Below, in pieces: positions 36,924 through 46,907 of a DNA stretch of 64,000 nt (positions within the stretch are counted from its first letter, which is position 1; each line of letters opens with the position of its first letter). A program made the translations under genes and the position numbers. The notes under the pieces were generated by a model that was not told the DNA's origin, did not search any database, and was given only the letters and a program-made list of their open reading frames with translations. This stretch comes from an uncultured Gemmatimonadaceae bacterium (lineage in GTDB: Bacteria > Gemmatimonadota > Gemmatimonadetes > Gemmatimonadales > GWC2-71-9): contig CAYUYF010000003.1 in NCBI GenBank assembly GCA_964449145.1, positions 30,189 to 94,188 on the forward strand. Reading direction: 5' to 3'.

Positions 36924-36999
36924 CGCACACCCATCATGCGGCCAGTACTTCGGCCGCGATCCTGCGCCACATCCAGCCGATCGTCCCCGCGGAGCATGC

Positions 37000-37893
37000 A
37001 TGTCTGCGCTGAAACCAAGCCGGGCCAAGGCGTTCTTTCGTCCCGTCGCCAGTGGTGCCTTCGACCAGTATCTCCAGGACATCCAGAAGCTGCCCATGAT
37101 CACCGACCCCGCCGAAGAGAAGCGGCTGGCGCGGCTGGCACAGAACGGTGACGAACGAGCGGCGGAGCGGCTGGTGACCGCCAACCTCCGCTTCGTCATC
37201 TCCTATGTGAAGAAGTACCAGGGGCACGGCCTGGACCTCTCCGAACTGGTCGCCATCGGCAACGAGGGGCTGCTGAAGGCGGTGCGGAAGTTCGATCCCG
37301 AGCACGGCGTGAAATTCATCTCCTACGCGGTCTGGTGGGTGCGGCAGGCGGTGCTCAAGGCGCTGGCCGAGCAGACCCGCAGCGTGCGAATCCCGCTCAA
37401 CCAGAACTCGGCCCTGATCAAGATGTCCCGGGCCGAGACCTTCCTCTCCCAGGAGCTGGGCCGCGAGCCCACCGACGAGGAGATCGCCACCGCCCTGAAC
37501 GACTCGGTCGACAACATCCGCTCCGCCCGACGCATGACCTCGGCGGAGCTTTCGCTGGATGCCCCGGTGGAGCGGAGCGACAAGAGCAGCGGCACCCTGG
37601 GAGAGCGCTTCGCCGGCACCCAGGGTGGGGACATCGAGGAGAAGACCGATGCCCGCCTGATGCGGGAGTTCATCGACCGGATCTTCGAGCGCTACCTCAC
37701 CCCGCGCGAGCGCAAGATCCTGTACCTGTACTACGGGCTCGAGGAGGGCAGCGAGGCGCTCACCCTGGAGAAGATCGGCGAGCTGCTCGGCGTCACCCGC
37801 GAGCGCATCCGCCAGATCCGGGAGCGAGCCTTCGAGAAGCTGCGCGAGTCTCCCGACGTGAAGGGGCTCAAGGGATTCTGGGTGGCGGCGTAG
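37000..37893 (+). CDS. sigma-70 family RNA polymerase sigma factor (RpoD/RpoS-like, short form without region 1.1)
   Basis: 297 aa. Region 2 is NLRFVISYVKKY...GNEGLLKAVRKFDPEHGVKFISYAVWWVRQAV. Region 3 is RIPLNQNSALIKM. Region 4 is LTLEKIGELLGVTRERIRQIRERA. Confidence 0.9.
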   Translation: MSALKPSRAKAFFRPVASGAFDQYLQDIQKLPMITDPAEEKRLARLAQNGDERAAERLVTANLRFVISYVKKYQGHGLDLSELVAIGNEGLLKAVRKFDPEHGVKFISYAVWWVRQAVLKALAEQTRSVRIPLNQNSALIKMSRAETFLSQELGREPTDEEIATALNDSVDNIRSARRMTSAELSLDAPVERSDKSSGTLGERFAGTQGGDIEEKTDARLMREFIDRIFERYLTPRERKILYLYYGLEEGSEALTLEKIGELLGVTRERIRQIRERAFEKLRESPDVKGLKGFWVAA

Positions 37894-37929
37894 CGCAGCG
37901 ATTCGGCAGCCGTCCTCTGCGCCATGCCG

Positions 37930-37972
37930 GGGAGGGGGAGTCTGGGGCCAGTGCCCCGGCTCCCCCTCTTTG
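37930..37972 (+). terminator. intrinsic terminator after the sigma-factor gene
   Basis: GAGGGGGAG (37932-37940) pairs with CTCCCCCTC (37960-37968). This encloses an inner GGGGC/GCCCC hairpin and is followed by TTTG. Confidence 0.7.
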
Positions 37973-38021
37973 CGTGGCCATCGGAGCCGGGATGGCGGAT
38001 GGCTGATAGCTATATTCACCC

Positions 38022-38678
38022 ATGGCCTCTCGCCTGCCCCTCTTCCCGCTCCAGCTGGTACTCTTCCCCGGCGAGCCGGTTCCGCTGCACATCTTCGAGC
38101 CCCGCTACCGGCAGCTCCTGGCGGACTGCCTCGAGGGGGACGCGCGGTTCGGCATCACCACCCACCCCAGTCCTGGGCCGGGTGCGGTGGGCTGCATCGC
38201 CGAGATCCGGGGCACCCAGCCGCTGCCGGATGGCCGCAGCAACATTGTGGTGATCGGGGAAGAGCGGTTCGTGCTCCGGGCGCTGCTGGACGAGGGCCGG
38301 CCCTATCTGGTGGGGAGCGTGGAGCGGTTCGCCGATCGGCCGGACAGCGATCCGCTCCCGGCTGAGCTGGGGGAGCTGCGGCGCCTGGCCACCGAGTACC
38401 GGGAGACCCTGTCCCTGCTGGCCGACAGCGCGGGGCCGGCTCCGGCGTGGTCGGATGATGCAGAGCAGTTCACCTTCCAGGTCGCGGCCATCGCGCAGCT
38501 GGAGCTTGAGGTGAAGGAGCGGCTGCTCGGCTTCCGCTCCACCCGGGAGCGCACCCAGGCGTTGATCGGCGCCTTGCCTTCGCTGCTTCAGATCGCCCGC
38601 GGCCACTCGGCGGTTCACGTCCGGGCCCGCTCCAACGGCAAGGGACACGCCGACCACGATATCGTCACCGACGGATGA
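38022..38678 (+). CDS. LON substrate-binding (Lon N-terminal) domain protein
   Basis: LPLFPLQLVLFPGEPVPLHIFEPRYRQL is the characteristic Lon-N start. The protein is 218 aa, with no AAA+ or protease domain. Confidence 0.85.
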   Translation: MASRLPLFPLQLVLFPGEPVPLHIFEPRYRQLLADCLEGDARFGITTHPSPGPGAVGCIAEIRGTQPLPDGRSNIVVIGEERFVLRALLDEGRPYLVGSVERFADRPDSDPLPAELGELRRLATEYRETLSLLADSAGPAPAWSDDAEQFTFQVAAIAQLELEVKERLLGFRSTRERTQALIGALPSLLQIARGHSAVHVRARSNGKGHADHDIVTDG

Positions 38679-40090
38679 CCGCGTCGCTGGTGGAGGCACT
38701 CGGCGGCATCGTCGGGGCCCGCTGGGTCCGGCACCGCGCGGCGGAGCTGGCCACCTATGCCACCGATGGCCTCCCCACCCATGAGGCGGTGCCCGGCATC
38801 GTCGTGTTGCCCGCCAACAAGTCGGAAGTCGCCCGGGTCCTCCGGTTGCTGCACCTGCTGCAGGTGCCGTTCGTGGCCCGTGGCGCCGGCACCGGACTCT
38901 CCGGTGGCGCTCTCGCCAGCCATCCGGCGGTGCTGGTGACCCTGACCCGCATGAACCGCATCCTTGAAATCCAGCCGGCCCGCCGGCGGGCCCGGGTGGA
39001 GCCCGGGGTCATCAACGCCCGCCTCTCCGAGGCCGCCGCCCCCTTTGGCCTGCACTACGTGCCGGATCCGTCGAGCCAGAGCGCCTGCACCATCGGCGGC
39101 AACGTCGCGGAGAACGCCGGCGGGCCGCACTGCCTCAAGTACGGCGTGACCACCAATCACATCACTGAACTGGAAGTCATCCTCGCTGATGGCAGCACCG
39201 TCCGGCTGGGGTCCTCCCCGGGCGAGCCTTGGGGGCCGGACCTGGTCGGGCTGTTCGTCGGGAGCGAAGGGATGTTCGGCATCGCGGTCGAAATCACCGT
39301 GCGCCTCGAGCCGGTGCCGCGGGCGATCCGGACCATCTTCGCCGACTTCATGGCGCTCCGGGCGGCCAGTGAGGCCGTCTCCGCGATCATCGCCTCCGGG
39401 GTGGTGCCGGCCGCGCTGGAGATGATGGACCAGTCCTGCGTCCGGGCGGTGGAGGCCTCCATCTACGCCACCGGCGCCCGGACCGACGCGGCTGCCGTGC
39501 TGCTGGTGGAGCTGGACGGATCGCCCGAGGCCGTCGCGGCCGAGGCCGCCCTGGTGGAGTCGCTGCTGCGGGCCCACGCCGCCCGCGACGTGCATAGCGC
39601 CACCGCGGGCGCCGACCGGGCCCGATTATGGCAGGGTCGCAAGAAGGCGTTCGGCGCGTTGGGCAGGATCGCGCCCGACCTTGCCGTGCAGGACGCCGTG
39701 GTGCCCCGCTCGGTGCTGCCGGAGATCCTCGATCGCATTGCGGAAATCCGGGATCGGCTGGGGCTCCAGATCAGCAACGTCTTCCACGCCGGCGACGGCA
39801 ATCTCCACCCCTGCATCAGCTTCGACCGCCGCGCGCCGGGCCAGACCGAACGGGTCGAACAGGCCAGCCGGGAGATCATGGAAGCCTGCCTCGGCGCCGG
39901 CGGCAGCATCACCGGTGAGCATGGTGTGGGCAGCGACAAGCGCGAGTACATGCCGAAGGCGTTCAGTCCGGGGACCCTCGACCTGATGTGCGAGGTGCGT
40001 CGCGCTTTCGATCGTGACGCCCGGGCCAACCCCGGCAAGGTGATCCCGCTGCACCTCTGCCGCGAATGGCGAAGAGCGGGGGTACCATGA
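38675..40090 (+). CDS. glcD: glycolate oxidase subunit GlcD (FAD-linked oxidase)
   Basis: FAD-binding PCMH domain (VARGAGTGLSGGA), and C-terminal GGSITGEHGVG. It is followed by glcE and glcF. Confidence 0.9.
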   Translation: MTASLVEALGGIVGARWVRHRAAELATYATDGLPTHEAVPGIVVLPANKSEVARVLRLLHLLQVPFVARGAGTGLSGGALASHPAVLVTLTRMNRILEIQPARRRARVEPGVINARLSEAAAPFGLHYVPDPSSQSACTIGGNVAENAGGPHCLKYGVTTNHITELEVILADGSTVRLGSSPGEPWGPDLVGLFVGSEGMFGIAVEITVRLEPVPRAIRTIFADFMALRAASEAVSAIIASGVVPAALEMMDQSCVRAVEASIYATGARTDAAAVLLVELDGSPEAVAAEAALVESLLRAHAARDVHSATAGADRARLWQGRKKAFGALGRIAPDLAVQDAVVPRSVLPEILDRIAEIRDRLGLQISNVFHAGDGNLHPCISFDRRAPGQTERVEQASREIMEACLGAGGSITGEHGVGSDKREYMPKAFSPGTLDLMCEVRRAFDRDARANPGKVIPLHLCREWRRAGVP

Positions 40091-41300
40091 GCCAGGTGCT
40101 GGAACGCCTGCGACGGCTGCTGGGAGCCGAAGGGGTCGAGCAGGACCTGCACGGCGTGCCCCGGGCCGTGCCGGAGAGCGACGATGCGCTTGCCCTCGTC
40201 TGTCAGGCGGCGGGGGAGGAGGGGTGGAAGGTCCGGATCGAGGGCCGCGGCAGCTGGGTCCCGCTCGACGGCCCGGCGGACCTCGCGGTCTCCACCAGGG
40301 GCCTGACCCGGATCGTCTCCGTCAGCCCGTCCGATCTCGTTGCGACCGTCGAGGCCGGCGTCCCGCTGGATGCCCTGCGGGCCGAGCTGGAACGGCACCG
40401 GCTCTGGCTGGCGCTGGATCCCCCCGGGCGCCCGGACCGGACCATCGGCAGCATCGTCGCCAGCGGCACCGCCGGTGCGCTGCGCCACGGATTCGGTCCG
40501 GTGCGCGACCATGTCCTGGGGTGCACCGTTGCCACCGGCGACGGCCGCCTGGTGGAAGCCGGGGGACAGGTGGTGAAGAACGTGGCCGGGTACGATCTCA
40601 CCAAGCTGCACGCCGGCGGGTTCGGTGCCTTCGGCCTCATTACCGGGCTGCATCTCCGGCTCCGGGCCCGGCCGGCCGCCGATGTCACCCTGGTGGCCCG
40701 CGGCACCCGCGGGGCGCTGTGTGAGGCGGCACGTCGGGTCACCGCGGCCCAGGTCGGCGCCGTGGCGGTGGAGCTGCTCTCTCCCGGACATGCCGCACGG
40801 CCGGAGTGGATCCTGGCGCTCCGCCTGACCGGCACCACGGAGGGCGTGGCGGCGGAGTGCATCCGGCTGGAGGAAGCCACCGGGGTGCCATGGGAACGCC
40901 TCGTCGCCGAATCGGCTGGCGCGTTCTGGCATCTGGTGGCGCGCGCGCCGCTGGCCGGGAGCGTGTCCCTGCGAATGGCCACTCTGCTGGACGGCGTGGA
41001 GGATGCCCTGGACCTTGTCACGGAAACGCTGGGAGACGGGATTCTCGCCGCCGGCGCCGCCAGCGGGGCGCTCCGCTGGGCGGGCGACGCCGATGCCCTG
41101 ACGCTGCTGGCGTTCCGGCAGCGCGCCGCGGTGCGGGAGATTCCGGTCACGCTGGAGCGGGCGCCGTGGCCGCTGCGCCGTCAGGTCGGGCACTTCGGGG
41201 CCTACCGTGAGGGCGTCGGGCCGCTGGTGGACCGGTTGCGGGGGACCTTCGATCCCCGGCGGAGCCTCGCCGTGGCGCTCGAGGGAGAGATGCGGGAGCC

Positions 41301-41304
<4 letters not shown>
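40087..41304 (+). CDS. glcE: glycolate oxidase FAD-binding subunit GlcE
   Basis: Internal ATG (MSQVLERLRRLLG) of track ORF 40066..41304, overlapping the glcD stop. It has an FAD-binding-4-like region (GRGSW, KNVAGYDL) and lies between glcD and glcF. Confidence 0.85.
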
Positions 41305-42572
<1,268 letters not shown>

Positions 42573-42606
42573 CGGGCACGGCCCGTCCCACACTATCTTC
42601 CGCGAC

Positions 42607-43266
42607 ATGGACCGAGCCATTCTCTTCGACTTCAACGGCGTCATCATCGATGATGAACCGCAGCACTGCGACGCCTTGATCGCGACCCTGGCCACCTACG
42701 GGTTCGAGCTGGACCGCGACGGCTACTACCGCGACTATCTCGGCTTCGACGACAGGGAATGTTTCCGGTTCACCTTCGGCCGCATGGGGCTCCCCGCCGA
42801 TCTCGGTCGAATCGACGAGGCGATCGAGCGGAAGGCGGTCCGGTACGACGAGGCGATCCGGGCCTCCATGCAGCTGGTCCCGGGATCGGCGGACTTCGTC
42901 CGCGCCGCGGCCGCGGCTGGCCACAGGCTGGCGATCGTGTCCGGGGCGCTGCGCCGCGAGATCACCCACGTACTGGCGGCCTCAGGCCTGGCAGCGTACT
43001 TCGAGCTGATCGTCGCCGCAGAGGACGTGAGCGCCTGCAAGCCCGATCCGGAGGGGTACCGGCGTGCCAGCCGGGCCCTGGGACTGTCGCCACGGCAGTA
43101 CATGGTGATCGAGGACTCCCTGCCCGGCCTCGAGGCCGCCCACCGGGCCGGCCTTCGCTGCGCCATGGTCACCACCTCCCATCCGGCCAGAGACCTCGCG
43201 GCGGCCGATGCAGTCTGGCCCTCGCTGGAGGGCCGGACACCCGACGACCTGCCCTGGAGTGCCTGA
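42607..43266 (+). CDS. HAD-IA family hydrolase (beta-phosphoglucomutase-like)
   Basis: Internal ATG (MDRAILFDFNGVIIDDE, DxxG/DxD-type motif I) of track ORF 42454..43266. IVSGA and EDSLPGLEAA are present. Confidence 0.85.
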   Translation: MDRAILFDFNGVIIDDEPQHCDALIATLATYGFELDRDGYYRDYLGFDDRECFRFTFGRMGLPADLGRIDEAIERKAVRYDEAIRASMQLVPGSADFVRAAAAAGHRLAIVSGALRREITHVLAASGLAAYFELIVAAEDVSACKPDPEGYRRASRALGLSPRQYMVIEDSLPGLEAAHRAGLRCAMVTTSHPARDLAAADAVWPSLEGRTPDDLPWSA

Positions 43267-43269
43267 ACC

Positions 43270-44238
43270 TTGTCCGTACCGACCCTCGACGCCGCCCGGT
43301 TGCACCGCCTGCAGGAAGGCGCTCTGGCCGTCCGAAGCCAGCCCACCGCCCTCGAGGTCCGGGGTCTGGGGGCGCTCAACTGCATGCAGGGGCTGCTCAC
43401 CAACGACCTCGAGCGACCGGGCAGCGGCAGCCTCGTCTACGGCGCGCTGCTCACCCCGAAGGGCGCGATCGTGGTGGACCTCTGGGTGCTGCGCGCCGCC
43501 GGACATCTGCTGCTGCTGGCGGAGCCGGAGGCCCGGCAGCCAGCGGTGGAGCTGCTGCGCCGGTCGTTGCCGCCGCGGCTGGCCACCGTGACGGACCGGA
43601 CCGGCGAACTCAGCGCGGCCTGGCTCTACGGATTGGCCCAGGAGGAAGCCCTCTCCCAGGCAGGGCTGGCGTTCCCGGAAGAGGGGCACGTGGTCGAGAC
43701 GGGAGAGCTGCTGCTGGGCCGGGCACCGGTGGCGGCCCCGTTTCGTGGACTCCTGGTCGGGCCGGAGCCAGCGCTGGTCGCCGCACTCGAGGCCACCGCC
43801 CTCCCCGAGGGAGACGCCGACGACCGGGAAGCGGCTCGCATCCTGGCTGGCTGGCCTCGCCTGGGAGCCGAGATCCAGGAGCGGACGCTGGTCCAGGAGG
43901 TGCGCTTCGACGAGATCGGTGGGGTGTCCTATACCAAGGGCTGCTACACCGGGCAGGAGACCGTGGCCAGACTGCATTTTCGAGGGCACGTCAACCGGGA
44001 GCTCCGAGGGCTGGCCTGGGACGGCCACCCGACGCTGACCGATCGGGGGGTGATGGAAGGGGGGGGCGGCGAGGTGGGGCGGATCCGCTCGCTGCTGGCT
44101 GTGCCAGGCTGGTTGCTGGGCCTGGCCCTGCTGCGCCGGGAGATCGAGCCGGGTGCCCGCATCGTTGCCGGGGGGCACGAGGCGACCGTCGTGTCGCTGC
44201 CGTTCGACGAGGTCTACCGCCAGACCGCCGCCGGCTGA
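43270..44238 (+). CDS. ygfZ: YgfZ/CAF17-family folate-binding protein (GcvT-like)
   Basis: The signature KGCYTGQETVARLHFRGHVNR is present. TTG start; 322 aa. Confidence 0.85.
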   Translation: MSVPTLDAARLHRLQEGALAVRSQPTALEVRGLGALNCMQGLLTNDLERPGSGSLVYGALLTPKGAIVVDLWVLRAAGHLLLLAEPEARQPAVELLRRSLPPRLATVTDRTGELSAAWLYGLAQEEALSQAGLAFPEEGHVVETGELLLGRAPVAAPFRGLLVGPEPALVAALEATALPEGDADDREAARILAGWPRLGAEIQERTLVQEVRFDEIGGVSYTKGCYTGQETVARLHFRGHVNRELRGLAWDGHPTLTDRGVMEGGGGEVGRIRSLLAVPGWLLGLALLRREIEPGARIVAGGHEATVVSLPFDEVYRQTAAG

Positions 44239-44267
44239 GCGTCGCCGGGGCGGGCCATCACCAACAT

Positions 44268-44297
44268 GAAAGGGCCGCCGGTCACGGCGGCCCTTTC
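44268..44297. terminator. bidirectional terminator hairpin between convergent ygfZ and the small lipoprotein ORF
   Basis: GAAAGGGCCGCCG-GTCA-CGGCGGCCCTTTC forms a 13-bp stem. Both flanks are moderately T-rich. Confidence 0.7.
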
Positions 44298-44325
44298 CTG
44301 CGACTCCCGGTGCCCTCGGGCGGAA

Positions 44326-44502
44326 CTACTGGGCGCTGTCGCGCACCATCATGGAGTCGTGCTCCATGCCGGACATCCCAGCCATGGAGTCCGCCGGGGC
44401 CGGGGCCACGGTGGCGGTCGTGTCGGCGGCCGGCGCGGCATCTTCCTTGTTGCCGCAGGCGGCAGTCAGCAGGACGGCGGCAACGGCAAAGTACTTGTTC
44501 AT
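44326..44502 (-). CDS. small (58 aa) lipoprotein with a Met/His-rich C-terminus; not in the ORF track
   Basis: My translation is MNKYFAVAAVLLTAACGNKEDAAPAADTTATVAPAPADSMAGMSGMEHDSMMVRDSAQ*. It has a lipobox (LTAAC). GAGGAA lies 4 nt upstream of the ATG. TTGACA (complement of 44599-44604) is a possible -35. The terminator hairpin lies 29 nt after the stop. Confidence 0.55.
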   Translation of the reverse strand: MNKYFAVAAVLLTAACGNKEDAAPAADTTATVAPAPADSMAGMSGMEHDSMMVRDSAQ

Positions 44503-44741
44503 CGGTTCCTCTGTGATGTGTCGTGTGAGCAGCGGATGTCAGGCCCGGACGGGAGAAGCCCCGCAAAAGCGGGCAGAAGTTAGCCCGGCGTCTCCCCTTG
44601 TCAAGCAGGCGCTGCCCCCGCGGCGCACCGGCCGAGCTCACTTGTGAGGTAGGTCACCGGCCAGGGCCCGTGCGCACGAGACTCGGGGGTGGTACCCCGC
44701 CGCCGATTACCGCTGCCTGCCCACCCCATTTATCCTCCAGC

Positions 44742-46211
44742 ATGACCCGACTGCCCCAGACCATCGCCGACCTTAGACAATCACCCTGGGCCGAGCCGCC
44801 GCTCCGCAGCCGGAGCGTCCGCGACGAACTGCGCGGGAATCTCCTCCGGCTGCTGGAGACGGGTGCGCCGCTCTTTCCGGGGATCGTCGGCTACGAAGAC
44901 ACCATCCTGCCGCAGCTCACCAATGCCCTGCTGGCCCGGCATCACATCATCCTCCTGGGCCTTCGCGGTCAGGCCAAGAGCCGCATTCTCCGGCAGCTGA
45001 CCGGGTTCCTCGACGAGGTCATTCCGATCGTGGCCGGCAGCGAAGTGAATGACGATCCCTTCAAGCCCATCTCCAAATTCGCGCGGGAGCGGCTGGCCGA
45101 GTGTGGCGAGGCCACCCCGATCGCCTGGCTGTCGCGAGACCAGCGCTACATCGAGAAGCTGGCCACGCCGGACGTGACCGTGGCCGACCTCATCGGTGAC
45201 GTGGACCCGATCAAGGCCGCCCGGGGCGGGCACCTGCTGTCGGACGAGCTGACCATGCACTTCGGGCTCCTTCCCCGCGCCAACCGCGGCATCTTCGCCA
45301 TCAACGAGCTGCCCGACCTCTCCGGCAAGGTCCAGGTGGGGCTGTTCAACATCATGCAGGAGGGAGATGTCCAGATCAAAGGGTACCCGGTGCGGCTGTC
45401 GCTGGACGTGTTGCTGGCCTTCACCGCCAATCCCGAGGATTACACCGCGCGGGGCAAGATCATCACACCGCTGAAGGACCGGATCGGCTCCGAGATCATC
45501 ACCCACTATCCGCGCAGCGTGGAGCTGGGCATGGCCATCACCGCCCAGGAGTCGTGGACCGAGCGCGGCGGCCGGCCCGTGCGGATCCCGGACTTCATCA
45601 AGGAGGTGATCGAGCGAGTAGCGTTCGAGGCCCGCAGTGACAAGCGGGTGGACCGGCGTTCCGGCGTGAGCCAGCGCCTGCCGATCAGCGTGCTGGAACA
45701 CGCCGTCTCCAACGCCGAGCAGCGAGCCCTGGCCACCGGGGAGCCGGAGGTGGTGCCGCGGGTGAGCGATATCTACGCCGCTGTCCCGTCCATCACCGGG
45801 AAGCTCGAGCTGGAATACGAAGGGGAGCTGCAGGGCGGCGAGACTATTGCCCGGGAACTCATCCGCCGGGCCGCCGGCGCCACGCTGGCGGAACGGATGG
45901 GTGAGATCGGGCTCGACGCGATCGTGGGGTGGTTCGATGCGGGCGGTGCCCTCAAGGTGCTCGGCGACGAGCGCGCCCAGCTCTGTCTCAAGGGATTCGG
46001 CGTGGTGCCCGGACTGATCGACGCGGCGGTGGCGGGCGAGCTGGCACCCCGGGAGGACGTCCCGGGGTTGGTGGCCGCGTGCGAACTGATTCTCGAGGGG
46101 CTGGCGGCCCAGAAGCGGATCAGTCGAAACGAGGAGCTCGGTTACAGCCGGGCCCGGCCGGATCGGAAAGACCCGATGGGCGGCTATGGCAAGGGGCTGG
46201 GACTGGGATGA
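44742..46211 (+). CDS. AAA+ ATPase, Mg-chelatase subunit I / MoxR-like
   Basis: Internal ATG (MTRLPQTIADL) of track ORF 44598..46211. Walker A is GLRGQAKS and the Walker B-like motif is GIFAINELPDL. FNIMQEGDVQIKGYPVRL and FTANPEDY match ChlI/BchI-type cores. The C-terminal extension of about 200 aa is unassigned. Confidence 0.8.
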   Translation: MTRLPQTIADLRQSPWAEPPLRSRSVRDELRGNLLRLLETGAPLFPGIVGYEDTILPQLTNALLARHHIILLGLRGQAKSRILRQLTGFLDEVIPIVAGSEVNDDPFKPISKFARERLAECGEATPIAWLSRDQRYIEKLATPDVTVADLIGDVDPIKAARGGHLLSDELTMHFGLLPRANRGIFAINELPDLSGKVQVGLFNIMQEGDVQIKGYPVRLSLDVLLAFTANPEDYTARGKIITPLKDRIGSEIITHYPRSVELGMAITAQESWTERGGRPVRIPDFIKEVIERVAFEARSDKRVDRRSGVSQRLPISVLEHAVSNAEQRALATGEPEVVPRVSDIYAAVPSITGKLELEYEGELQGGETIARELIRRAAGATLAERMGEIGLDAIVGWFDAGGALKVLGDERAQLCLKGFGVVPGLIDAAVAGELAPREDVPGLVAACELILEGLAAQKRISRNEELGYSRARPDRKDPMGGYGKGLGLG

Positions 46212-46239
46212 CGCGACGGAGTCTGGAGAGCGCCCCCAG

Positions 46240-46866
46240 CTAGTTGACCCAGCCCCGCCGGCGCGCCTCGGCAAGGATGACCTCGGCGGCACCAGTCAGC
46301 CCCAGCAGCCCGGTGTTGAGCACCAGGTGGAAGTGCGCGGGGTCGTCCCAGTCCCGGCCGTAGTGTTCGCGGTGGTAGCGGGCGCGGTGGGTGTCGGTCT
46401 CGTCCATCGTGCGTTCCGCGGTCGCCTCATCCAGCTGCTCGGCCTGCATGGCGAGCCGAATCCGGAACGGACGTGGCGCCACCAGCTTGACATGCAGCGC
46501 CTCGTGCACCTGACCGAGGACCGCGGGCGCGGCCCGACCGACCAGGACCACGCGACCCTCCGCCGCGATCTCCTTCACCACCCGCTCGGTGAACTCCACC
46601 ACGCCCGGCTCTTCGGGACGGACCGCCACGCCCAGCTCCGGCACGGCGTACTCCTGCGACGTGTTGGCGAGCGCGCGCGCCAGCCGCTCGACAAACCCGG
46701 GGACCCGCTCGTCCTGGGCCGCCACCACCTCCGGCGCCAGCCCCGCACGACCCGCCACGAGGTCCACGATCTCATTGTCCACTACGCTCCAGCCGAGGCC
46801 CGTGGCCACCAGCCGGGCCACTTCCGATCCTCCGGCGCCGTACTGTCGTGATATGGTGATGAGCAT
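46240..46866 (-). CDS. cytidylate-kinase-like family protein
   Basis: MLITISRQYGAGGSEVARLVA is the typical P-loop-like start of the Cytidylate_kin2 family. 208 aa. Confidence 0.8.
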   Translation of the reverse strand: MLITISRQYGAGGSEVARLVATGLGWSVVDNEIVDLVAGRAGLAPEVVAAQDERVPGFVERLARALANTSQEYAVPELGVAVRPEEPGVVEFTERVVKEIAAEGRVVLVGRAAPAVLGQVHEALHVKLVAPRPFRIRLAMQAEQLDEATAERTMDETDTHRARYHREHYGRDWDDPAHFHLVLNTGLLGLTGAAEVILAEARRRGWVN

Positions 46867-46907
46867 GTGGACCCGTGCTGGTGGCGGCGGACGATCCCCC
46901 CTCTAGT

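Noticed and set aside
44598-44741. 48-codon N-terminal extension of the AAA+ ATPase ORF (track start 44598).
   Set aside because: The extension (MSSRRCPRGAPAELTCEVGHRPGP...) is Arg/Pro-rich and overlaps the divergent promoter region of the small lipoprotein. The conserved-looking N-terminus starts at ATG 44742 (MTRLPQTIADL).
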